Assembly: GCA_043228905.1 (NCBI GenBank)
Contig: JBHGNT010000005.1
Span: forward strand, 15,004,001-15,068,000
Source: Azolla caroliniana
Lineage: Eukaryota; Plantae; Polypodiophyta
DNA length: 64,000 nucleotides
Direction of reading: 5' to 3'
The notes under the pieces were generated by a model. That model had not been told where the DNA came from. It did no database searches and saw only the letters and a list, made by a program, of their open reading frames with translations. Shown piece after piece: positions 45,966 through 57,792 of this stretch. Made by a program: the position numbers and the translations under genes. How positions within the stretch are numbered: the stretch's first letter is position 1; each line of letters starts with the position of its first letter.

Positions 45966-47479
45966 CGAGTTACTCATGCGAGAGGTGTTTCGGCATCATG
46001 GTCCTCCTAATGATATTATCAATGATCGGGGTCCCCAGTTCATCTCAAAATTTTGGCGGTACATGTTCAAACTCTTACATACTTCTTGCAAACTCTCTTT
46101 CGGCTACCATCCAGAAACTAACGGACAAAGTGAGCTCACCAACCAAACAGTAGAACAATATCTTCGTTGTTTTGTCAGCTATCAACAAGATGATTGGATT
46201 AATCTATTACATTTGGCGGAATTTGCTTACAACAACTCAGAACATTCGTCTACTGGATATTCCCCATTTTTTGCAAACATTGGGCACCATCCTCGGACTA
46301 TGCTTGAGCATCCCGAACTCCCGACAAACCCGGCTGTTGAAGATCAGCTCACCTGACTCCAAGAAGTTCAAGATATCTTTTTGCACCATTTATGTGATGC
46401 TCAAAACACTCAGAAGAAGGTTGTCGACTGCCATCGACGTGATTCATCGACTACGTTTCAAGTGGGAGATCGAGTATGGCTTTTACAAGGTCGTATTAAA
46501 ACAACCCGACCTTGCTGCAAATTGGATTATCAACGTTTTGGCCCATATGTGATATCTGGTAAGATCAATGATGTGGCATTTCGCCTTGACCTTCCCCCTC
46601 GTATGCATCTTCACCCGGTCTTCCATGTTTCACTTTTGGAGCCGTACACAACCAGCTCTATTCCAGGCCGTCTTACATCTCCCCCACCTCCAATCGAAGT
46701 TTCGGATGGCTCCGAATATGAAGTTGCTGTCATTCTTAACTCCAAGATCGTTCGCAACAAATTCTATTGTCTTACATCTCCCCCTCCTCCAATCGAAGTT
46801 TCGGATGGCTCCGAATATGAAGTTATTGCCATTCTTGACTCCAAGATCGTTCGCAACAAAATCTATTATTTGGTTGACTAGTTAGGTTATACACCTAATG
46901 ATCGAACATGGGAACCTCTCGAGAATCTTGCTAATGCCTCTGAAATGGTTGATGCGTTTCACAACAAATATCCCCATAAGCCAAGTCTGAAATCTTGTCT
47001 TCCGACTAGTGGAACTCGTCTTCGAAAAGGGAGGATAATGTCAGGAAGACATACATTTTGCCCTTGCAAGGATTCGAGCCCACAACGTCTTGGTCTTTAT
47101 GTTAGACCTTTAACCATTATAATAAACATATATGATGTATAGTTATAATAAATATATTTTTAGTTATTACAAGATAATTAGAGTATTCTAGAATGTTCTA
47201 GGATATTCCATGATTATATTAAATATCATAAATATCTGAAATATTCTAGAACATTCTAGAATACTCCATAAGGACCTATAAATAGGTGTCTATTCATTCA
47301 TCACGACTCATTCGGTTCAACACCAGTTTGTAGCCCCTTAGCCTACTCTTTGTAATCCTTGCTCTCTTATAATATAAACTCTCTTTCCATTTCTAGTGTT
47401 CTCTCTCTCTATATGTATATACCTTCTATTATCATCTTATCTTTCTCTCTCCTATTCTCAAGTCTCAACACTCTTGACG

Positions 47480-47935
47480 GCGCAAGATTTATCAGGTATA
47501 TTGTTGTCTAGAAAGCTTCTGCCCAAAATTCCAACTTCAGTCCAGCTTGCCGGAGCATTGTCGTCACCCTCTCCTGGATCATTCTGTTGATTTGTTCTGC
47601 CACTTAATTTTACATGGGTGTGTAGGGAATAGTCTTTTGATGTCGGATCCCTTTGTCGGATAGGTACTATTTGAAGGCTTTGGAGGTGTACTCGCCTCCG
47701 TTGTCGGATCAGAGCGTCTTCACTTTGTATCCCGACCGGTTCTCCAATTCAGATGTCCATCGAGTGAAGACCTCGTGCACTTCTTCTTTGGACTTGATGG
47801 AGTATACCCAAACTTTCCGTGTAGAGTCATCTACGAATTTCATGAAGTATTGGGAGCTTCCTAGTGATCAGTCTAGCATGGGCCTGCATATGTCTCTGTG
47901 CACGAGCTCTAGGGGTTGTCGTACCGTCTCATAAT
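47480..47935 (-). pseudogene. Copia integrase fragment (probably the continuation of 56396-57792)
   Basis: Minus strand reads PLELVHRDIC...FVDDSTRKVWVY...SDNGGEY...FWAEA. Confidence 0.8.
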
Positions 47936-50176
47936 GGAGAGTGTGCCGTCCATAACTTCCATCCTTGCGCAAGGGATTCATCGATCATTTTCTTTGCTAG
48001 GTTTCGATGTTTCCCTATGATGTGCTGCACTTTGTCCCTAGTGATGCTTGCGACGTATTGGGTGGTTTGCAACTCTTTCCGTAAATCCGTAATAGTGGCT
48101 CGGTTTTCACTTTCAGCTCGCATTAGTTTGGATTCGACTACATATATGTCCAGCCGTCTTTGTTCTGATATCTTCTGAATTTCGTTCAGTTGTTGTTCGA
48201 ATGCTGATTTCTCTTTGCTCCATTCCTCCTGCTGTTCCGTAATTCTTCTGTTGACTTCTTCAAGACTCCGCTCTTTTTCTGTCAATTGACTTTCCTGTGA
48301 CACTATATACCTTTCGAATTCTTCAATTTGTTCGGTATATGTATGATTGGCCGTCTTAGCTTCTTCCAGATTTTTTTGTAATTCGTTTATTAATTGATTT
48401 TTTTCTTCGAGAACTTTGTATTGGCCATTCTGAATGGTTTCTATTTGTTTTTCTAATTCTGTAGTTCGAAATACAGCATTGTTGGCCCTTGTTGTTTCTG
48501 CTTGTCGTGCTTTCTCAGCATCCTCCAATTTCTGCTGCCATTCTGACTCCGACGCCATAAGCCGTGCCTGCGTTTCCCATTTGTTTAGACTTTCTTTTAG
48601 TTCTTTATTTTCTGACTGTATGTTACAAAACTGATGTTTCAGCACCTCCGCCGATGCTGATACACTTTTGTATCTTTCAGCCATATCACTGGCTGCTTTG
48701 CGTGCCGTTTCATATTCTTTATGAATTTCGACCAGTGCTTCATGTAATGGTGGCATTTCAATAGCCTCCCCTCTATTCTGTGCATTTCTTTTCCGGCCGA
48801 TTTTCTCTATCTCTGCTTTTTCTTGAGGTTCCAACACTCCTCGTAAGGCTTTCTGTATCATTATTCGGTCATTATGTTCTTGAGCCAGCCATTCTGATAC
48901 TTCTGTCAATCTTTTAGCCAACCATTCAACCAGTTCGTATGAGGTTCCGAACTGTAAAATGGCAGCTAATTCATGTGCTGCTGGTGGAATATCCAAGTAC
49001 CCATGTGCTTCCCGAATTGCTACTTTTGAAGATTGGCCTTGTTGAGGTTGTGTCGAAACGCTCTCATTCCCTGGTTTTATTACTTCTGATACTACAGGCG
49101 TATTCGAATTTTCCTTTGTGCGTTGCCTTTTCGGTGCTGACCCATCACTGTTTTCTAGTTGGAATTGCCTATTAGCCTTTTGTTTAACCCTTGTCCTTTG
49201 TCGCATCTTCTCTGGTTGTTGTCGATTTTCTGTCGGCTGCTGCTTGTTTATCAAATGGTCAACTGTTTCTTGTTCGGCTGCTGGTTGCCTGTTTTCGGAA
49301 TTCTCTGGTCTTGGTGGTTCCGACTGAGGCGTATCCGTTTGTATATTATCGGCATGTGCCGATTCTTCCTCTATCCATTCTTCATGTACTACCTGTCGGT
49401 GTCTTCGCGGTGCTTGTACTATCGGTGGTCTTCTTGACTGAACAGGAATTTCCGATTCTTGAATCGGAAACAATACCGATAGCCAACGACCAAAAATTTG
49501 CTTCATTGGTTTTCCTGTTTTCACCCCTTGTAGCTGCTCTCTCAGAGCTTCCCCCCGACAATAGTGGCCAGTTGAAATCCTCCTTTTCGTATGCGGCTAT
49601 GATAAACCCAGCCCTTTTTTTCGGCATACAATAAAAACGGGGATTGACAAATCCCACCTCTAGTAAAAATCTAGCCACTTCATGGAAAAACTCATCCCGA
49701 CCTCCATAAGTCTGATATGCTTTTGACGAGGGTGAGTATTCCCCGAAATACGATTGGAGTGCTTCTGATGAAGGTTTTTTAACTGCCTCAAAGCCTCCTC
49801 TTGGCATCTGTAATGCATTTCGTATTTTCTTTGTGGTGACCTTGGTGATGTCTAACTGTTGTACCAATTCTTCCGCCTGCGGATGAGGTTCCGCTTCTGC
49901 TACTTTGATGAAACCTTGTAAGTTTCTCTCATGAAGCCATAGTCGCAGTTCTTCAGACACAGGAATCGGCATGACTTCTGTGTTTGCTTGTTCTGAATCA
50001 CTTGTAGATAACGGTTGGAGATCTGCACAACTTCTGTAGCGATGAAAATCAGAAAAACAGAGTTTGGGCGAACTAGGGCACGAAGGCTCAGACTGTTTCG
50101 ATATCTGCACTCGTTTCTGTTGTTTTGGCGACACAGACGATACAGAAATATGCTTTAAAGATATTAATTTATGCAT
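47929..50176 (-). pseudogene. Additional retroelement ORF downstream of pol (helical N-terminal domain, low-complexity linker, long coiled coil), one frameshift near 49555
   Basis: The 264-aa and 531-aa ORFs overlap and join at FNWPLLS / LREQLQGVKTGKPM. The C-terminal half is E/K/Q heptad-rich and truncated against a copia fragment. Confidence 0.75.
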
Positions 50177-50357
50177 TATGACTAAAGAATAGTAATTGCT
50201 ATTAATGTAGGATTTAATTAGTATTAACTCTACGTGTAGTGGTTGTACTACTTACTAATAATCATGCAATTCCTCTTTCTATTTATAGTCGATTCAGACT
50301 GTTATGGCAAGATTGTATTTCTGCATTTGACAAGAACTATTGAGTGAGTTAGTTAGT

Positions 50358-50395
<38 letters not shown>

Positions 50396-53300
50396 CTTCC
50401 GTTTGAATAAACGGATTTACCGGCATTATCTCCCAAATACGGTTTAAGCCGGAATCCATTTACCCATTTCAGTAAAACCTCTCCGGTTAATGATCCCAGC
50501 TGATACGTACCATTTTTACTATTAATTATCCATACTGGACCTGTCCATCTATACCGGAGTTTCCCAGGCATAAGTCCCATTCTCGTCTGGAATACCAATA
50601 CCGGTTTCCCAATTTCGAATTGCTCTTCCGATTTCCTTCGATGTCGATTTACGAATGCCTTGATTTGTCTCTGCTTGTGTTCTAGTGCTGACATTGATTG
50701 AATCCGTTCTTCTTCTAATACTAATAAAGCCTCTTTGCGTATCTGCTCCGATTCTATTTCATTTAACTTATTCGTCGCTTGGATACGAAGTGTCGGAATT
50801 TGAAATTCGATCGGCATAACGGCTTCAAGTCCGAATGCCATTCAGAAAGGTGTTGATTTAATGGATGTTTTGTACGAAGTACGATATGCCCATAATGCAC
50901 TATTTAACTTTTGATCCCAATCAGTACGATTTTCATTCACTATCTTCTTTAAAATTGTTTTATTTGTCGATTCTGCCAATCCATTAGCTTGGGGATAGTA
51001 AGGCGTACTTTTCTTATGAACTACGGCATAGTAATTGGTTAATTCGTTAATTAACTTGTTAATCAAATGAGTGCCTTGATCGCTTACCAATTCTATTTAT
51101 TGGGCAACCGAATCGACACCATATATTTTCATACAGGAATTTTGCTGTGGATGCTGCTGTATTGTCCCTGAGAGCTTTTGCTTCAACCCATTTTGTGCAA
51201 TAGTCAGTCGCAATTATGATATATCGTTTACCGGTTCTTGCAGCTGCTGGTTTGAATGGGCCAACAAAATCTAAGCCCCATTTCTGAAATGGCTCAAGAG
51301 GTAAAACCGGTTGAAAAGGCATTCGATCCTTTTCGGTTGGTTGCCCCATTCTTTGACACAAATCGCATTTTTTACAGTATTCGTTAGCATCTTTCATCAC
51401 TGTTGGCCACCATAACCCGCTATTCCATATTTTTCTGGCTGTTGCTTCTCCTGCGTAATGACCGCCAGCAATTCCACAATGTGACTCTGTTAATATGGCT
51501 GATTTTTCAAATTTCCGTACTGCCCTTCGCCATATTCCATCCGCTCCTTTATGATACAACATGTCATTAAATAAACAAAAATTCCGACTTCGTACTGCAA
51601 TTCTTTTTCTTTCATCTGTCGACATGTGTTCGGCCAGAATTCCTGTTGATAGAAATATCGTCATTTCGGAAATCCATTCATCTTCTTTTTCGTCATTCAC
51701 TTCTTGTGCTTTTACTGCCTCAACCCGAAATAATTGAGTATCTGGAAAATCATCTTTAACCCCAACCGCTTCTTCTCCAGACTCAAGCCGACTGAGATAG
51801 TCAGCAATCGCGTGCTGTGCTCCTGGTCGATGTATAATGTCGAATTCAAACTCTTGAAGCAATAACGTCCATCTGGCTAACTTGCCTGTCAATTCTTGTT
51901 TGGAAACTAGATACAGTAGAGCCGAATGATCCACATGAAATGTAAATTTCTTACCCAAAAGGTAATGTCGAAATTTGTTCACACTATATATCATTCCCAA
52001 AGCTTCTCTTTCGGTTGTTGAATAGTTTCTTTCGGCCGACGAAAGTTTCCTACTGGCATAGTATACCGGCCTATACCAGTTTGGTTCGGATAATTGCATT
52101 AAAGCACTGCCTATGGCAATGTCCGACGCATCGACGAAAACATGAAATGGTTTGTTCCAGTCCGGTGGTTGAACTACCGGAACCTTTGTCAGCATCTTCT
52201 TGAGACATTCGTATGCATCTTGTTCTATACTTGTCCATATAAAAGGAACTTTGTGTACTGCTGTGTGTAACGGAATAGCAATGTCTGCTAGATATCTCAT
52301 CATTCTACTGTGCCACCGAATTTGACCCAAAAATCTACTTAGAGCTTTAGCATTTGTTGGTGGTGTTGCCTCAATAATTGCTTTAACTTTGTCTGGGTTC
52401 ACTGCAATCCCTTCTTGACTGACAATATGCCCAAGTAACATACCACTCATTACTCCGAATGCGCATTTGGCTGGATTTAAGCTAAGACGCCCTTTTCGAC
52501 ATTTTTCTAAACATAGCCGTAAATGCTCAAAATGATCAGCTTTCCGACTATATACCGCAAAATCATCTAAAAACACCTGCATGAAAGCTGGAATATATTC
52601 CCCGAATATTTCCTGTATTACCCGCTGAAATGTAGCTGGAGCTGTTTTTAAACCGAACATCATTACTACTGCCACAAAGACACCCCATTCTGTGACGAAA
52701 GCTGTCTTTTCCTGATCTTCCGGATTCATCCGTACTTGGTTGTACCCACTGAACCCATCCAAGAAACTATAAATTTCATGTCCCGCTACTGCATCTAATA
52801 TCCCATCTGTGAATGGCAACGGAAACGCATCCGTAATTGTCGCTGCATTCAATTTTCTGTAATCCACACATACTCGAATTTTCCCATTCTTTTTCGGGAC
52901 TACTACTATCGGACTCAGCCATGTTGATTTTTTGACGGGTCGAATAAATCCTACTTTTAAGAGTTTATCGATTTCTTCTTTTACTTTGATAGCATAATTC
53001 GGATTCAACCTGTACCTGCGTTGTTGTACTGGCTTTGCATCTTTATGCAAATTGATTTGATGTTGACAAAAAGCGGGATCCAGACCTTTCATATCGTCAA
53101 ACGACCATGCAAAAACATCTTTATATTGTAATAGTAATGTTGTTAATGTCCGTTTGTCATTTTCCGCCAAATCTCTAGCAATCAAGACTGTTTTTCTTTC
53201 AGCATCCTCTACTCCTACCAAATCGATCTCCTCCAATGCTGAGGCTTGCACTCTCTGAGATACCTTCATTTCCTTATCTGTAGCTTCTTGTTGCATTCGT

Positions 53301-56300
53301 ATTTCTTTCATTGTTTGCTCATCTATTGGCACTTCTTCGTGTGAGTCTACATATGGTGTTAATGCTTGCAAAATATCTACCTCAAATAGAGGGATGATTT
53401 TCTGATTATCATCGAAATACTGACTTTCTTCTTCCTCGTCCAATCCTTCCATCATATTAACTGCTTCTGCATGTACAGGTAAACTCTGTTTGCTTGTTGT
53501 CACTTTGTTGTGCGTCGGAATCCTGACCTTAGTTTTTCCTTTCCTAAATGTTAGCACATTTTGTTTCCAATTTTGTTTAATATTCGCTGTCTTTAACCAT
53601 GGTCTCCCCAATAACAAGGGGTATGCTCCCTGTGTTTCTAACTGCAAAATCACTGCCGAAATCTGAAAACTGTGTCCCCCGATTATTACATCCAGTTGTC
53701 GAAGCAAACCAATCGGTCGTACCGTACTTGTATCTGCCATTCGTAACCAAAACGGACATGCTTCCCATTCCGTGATTCCCAGTTTTTCACATGTAGTTTT
53801 GTTAATCACATTAACACCCGAGCCTCCATCTATAATCACATTTCCGATTTCTTGCCCGTAAAGTATTACCTTAATCGACGGATTCTGTTCATCCATGATC
53901 GAAGGGTTATTACTTGGCTGATTGTAGTGTACTGCTATTTGTTCGGAACCTTTATATGCAATTAATGCTGCCACTTTTTCTGTAAACCTTGGTACTAACT
54001 TAAGTAAGCCCGTAAATGGTAATGACACTTGGCAATCAGCCAACAGTTTCCAAGTTTCTTCCTGTTCCTTATTCCCCAATGACTGTTGTACAGCGATGTT
54101 CTGGTCAATGTTATTGTCTTGTAACATTCGATTCACATTACTTTGATTTGCTTCGTCCACCCATTCTTTTGCCGCCTTCCGAACTTCTTCCTGAATTTCC
54201 CACTCTGATTGTTTGCTTTTGCTGCGTGTCGTTACTTGCTGAACTTCCGGTATTACCATATTAACTGCTGGACCCTTTCCTTTAACCGGACATTGATTAG
54301 CATAATGGCCTAGTTGTCGACAAATATAACAAGTGGGTACAAATGTTGCACTGGTCTCTCCATGTGCAAATTGGCCGTTATTAAATTGCTGCTCTTCATT
54401 ACCACTCGGGTTTTGTTGGTATTGACGTGTAGCTTTTGGTTTGTAAAATCTCTTGTTTTTATACCGATTCTGCCTAAATTGTTCAGTATTATCATTTGGT
54501 TGTGCTACATTTTGTGTTATCCCGAACTCCTGATTTGGCGGAAAATTATTCTGTTGAAACATTTGATTATTTTGTGGAACGGTTTGAGTATTATGTTGAA
54601 AGGTCATATTACCCGGTTGAAATGCCGGATTTGGTTGAAATGTAGAATTCGGTTGCACATTCGGACAATTCTGTTGAAACCCTTGAAATGGTGGGTTACC
54701 TTGTTGGAAACTTTGATTATTTTGTTGAAAATATTGATTCGGATTCTGTACGAATGGTGGGTTGGATTGAGCAAAACCTGGTTGAAATGCTTGAGTCACT
54801 TGAGTGGGTTGCATATTTTGTTGTGAAAAGATCTGATTTGGCTGTAGAACCGGATTTTGTTGTACATTTTGCTGATTTTGTGAAAAATTATTATTTTGAT
54901 AACCATTGAACAGATTATTGTTATTTTGGTAACCATTGTCAGTAAAAATTTGTCGTACTGACGCCGTAGTCTTATTAAGCAGATTATATTCACATTGTTC
55001 TACTGAATGTAACTTTGAATGACATATTGTACAATGTGTTCTTAACGTACATTCAATTACCGAATGCCCCGTATTTAAACAAGTGGTGCATTGAACTGCT
55101 TGTCGAAATTGTAACTCCTCTATTGTCGGTAATGTACGGTGTAATGCCTACATGTCCATACTCTGAACATTGACCGGTGGTCGACCCATTTCTATTGCTT
55201 TATCAATTACTTGTTCGATAGTCTGATTTCGAAAATCGAACACTTTCAATGTCGTCCTTAATGGTTCTTTTACAGCTTCCAGAAAGACTTCTTTTAATTC
55301 ATTATCCGGAATCGGCCTTGAAATCTGAAGTTGTAAGTTCTGAAATCGTATCACAAACTGAGATACTGTTTCATTTTTTTCTTGATATAACGCATAAAAT
55401 TGCGCAATCAAATCCTTCTGCGGAATTTGTTGATGAAATAATTGTAAAAATTTACTAGTTAACACTTCAAAGGATGGAAATCCTTGAAGACCGTTCTGTG
55501 CAAACCAATTGGCAGAATATCCGTCTAATGATAAGACGAACTCAGCGATTTTTGACTTATCTTCGGCATCTGCCGACAATCGCTGAGCTCCATGGTTAAT
55601 CTCCCATGTCGTTAAGAAATCCCTAACATGTGCTTCCGCATCTGTTCCTTCCCGGAACTTAGAATAAGTATAAGGCATATCGTCCCAAATGTCGTAAAAC
55701 GATACCTCTTCTGTCTGTTTTTCGTCTGAAGGTAATTGATCGGATAAGTCAGGAAGTTTCGACCACTTTGTGCTTGATTCCGGCTGTTCTTGCGCAATGA
55801 ACGCTTCCTGCACTGCCTTCGTAACTGACCTTGTACAAGGGCGCTTACAAGTGACCGGTGTCTCCTCTTTATACGACATCCATTCGATTTGTTCTCTGCT
55901 TAATTGCAGATGTAACCGGGCGTGCCAAAATTCTTCTGTGTTAATCGGCTAATTACTAACTACTACCGATACAGAAGAGTGAACGTCGCTACTCGACGTT
56001 CTAACAAGGAATTGTGTTTTACGAACGGAATTATACTATATTAATCGGTAATTACCGTGATCGTTACTTAGTTATAAATTAGGAAGCTTGCACTTAACAA
56101 CATAGACAATAGGAAGAACACAGAATCCGTACAGGATATTCCTAACTTAAACTTATATTACTAAATAAAACGACCTTTCTTACAATGCCTTCGGTTCCCT
56201 TTTATAGGTATACCGAAGGTCTTTTCTCATCAAGAACTATTCCTACTTACTATCAAGAATTACAAAATTATCTAACTAACTTAGTTCTCTTCGTTTACTG

Positions 56301-56395
56301 CTGAGTCATTGATCCGAACAGTCGATCCGAACCGACTCCGTTTTCGACGCTTTCCCACTTGTTCGGTAAAACTGACTGTCCGGGTCCGGGTAACA
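47936..56395 (-). mobile_element. Non-chromovirus Ty3/gypsy (Athila/Tat-like) with an extra 3' ORF; 3' LTR lost
   Basis: 5' LTR ~56395-55931 (TGTTACCCGG), PBS TGGCACGCCC (tRNA-Arg type), gag-pol 55879-50353, extra ORF 50176-47929. Confidence 0.9.
50353..55879 (-). pseudogene. gag-pol polyprotein (gag, 3 CCHC knuckles, Q/N-rich tract, PR, RT, RNase H, INT)
   Basis: One frame from 55879 to 51059 apart from a TAG at 55148-55150. Motifs [40 protein letters not shown]. Frameshift/stop in integrase near 51080 and 50842. Confidence 0.92.
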
Positions 56396-57792
56396 ATTTT
56401 GGATTCCTACCCGTTTCCCAGTCGAATTGTGCTGCTGGTGTCGGCCGAATAGTTTGAAAACCATTCTATGTTGGGGGTTACGTGAAATGTGACACCAGAA
56501 TCCAGTAACCACATGTGTGCATCTTGTGCATTGTAGAGGACTTCTCTAATCATTGATTCCTCTAAGGAGAGGATTTCTCCGGATCGGGTGTCGGTAACGT
56601 TGACTTCATTGTCGACTGGAAAGTGGTTCGAGTCGGATCGTCCTCGATTCCACTCAGATCACTGACCGCGCTCTTTCCTCCTTATCGACCAGCTGTCGGA
56701 AACATTGTGGCCAACTTTTCTGCAATGTGTGCAGAATTTGCTTGATCGGCCCGTTCTTGACTTCGACCATTGTCGGTCTCCCCTCATTTTCGATCGACTA
56801 TATTGTCAACTGTCGGCTTGTCCTTTTGATCAACTCTGTCGGTCGACTGATTCGGTCGAGTGATGGGCTTCTGCCGACTCTTTGATGGTTAGTCCCATCG
56901 ATTTTCGCCAAATGTCCTTGGTGAGGACTTGGCCGATCGTTTCATCCAAATTTAGGATCAATCGGCTATTAGCGTATGTCATGCAGAATACCTCCCAACT
57001 CACCAGTAAGCTCGATAGGAGGGCTATGGCTTTTACTTCTTCTTTGAAGTTGATCCTTTGTAAGGAGAGTTCTGACAACACCTGGCTGAAGATGTTGAAG
57101 TGGGAGGTGGCCGGATCGGTCTCACTCATCTTCATGTTAAACAATTGTTGATCAAAATCAGTTTTGAAGATGAGGACTTTTTCTCATACACAACTTGTAG
57201 TTTCTCCCATAGTGAGAATGTTGTCGTCTCTTTTGTCATGCTAAAGTAGACGTTTTCGACTAGGTGCATTCGAATGGTGGAGCGTGTAATTTCGTCCATT
57301 GATCTCCACTCATCGGCTAGCATTGAAGCAGGCATTTCAGAGTGTCGAATGGCCTCGACCTGTCTTCGAATAGCCAATACATCCTGCATCATCTCCATAG
57401 GGCAAAGTTTTTGTCGTCAAATTTTCAGATTTCAACTCCTGTACCGGATGTTGATGTCATGATTCTCTCAGAAGTGAGATTTACTAACTTGGTCTTTTCT
57501 TTCAACCTTTTCTGTTGTTTGTTGCCACCGAGTAGCAGATCGCTCTGATACCAATTAATGGTGAATATGGATGTAGAAACGTATGAGGACCTATCTACGC
57601 TTACTCATAAGACAACACAGAATCGAGCTTTATTACATTCTCTCTCTCTCTCTCTCTGAGATTCAATAATATATGATCAAGAGTTACTCTTTACAACGTT
57701 TGGTTATTGCTTATATACTAAGCCCTAACTATGTGGACGAGTTCACACTCAGACGAGTACAAGATCGAAGGAGTCGGTCTTTTATGCCAAGA
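56396..57792 (-). mobile_element. 5' part of a Ty1/copia element (family of 8304-10036)
   Basis: LTR ~57792-57559 starting TTGGCATAAAAAGACCGACTCCTTC, PBS TGGTATCAGAGCG, gag homologous to 8715-9215, protease WLLDSGVTFHVTP. Confidence 0.85.

Larger units (their letters stand above)
40718..47479 (+). mobile_element. Tcn1-like Ty3/gypsy chromovirus, 5' LTR lost, decayed gag-pol with chromodomain and 3' LTR
   Basis: gag PKISLPARFDGTRSQF with CLYCGGPRHIVVNC, protease ALLDFGANSCF, RT IVYLDDILIYS, RNase H FILEADASNFALG. Integrase is split by an insertion at 44621-45965. Chromodomain EYEVIAILDSK..YYLVD..GY.PNDRTWEP, PPT AAAAGGGAGGATAA, LTR 47039-47479. Confidence 0.92.

Noticed and set aside
55148-55150. 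Programmed gag-pol stop-codon readthrough
   Set aside because: The stop lies upstream of the nucleocapsid knuckles rather than at the gag/pol boundary, so a point mutation is simpler.
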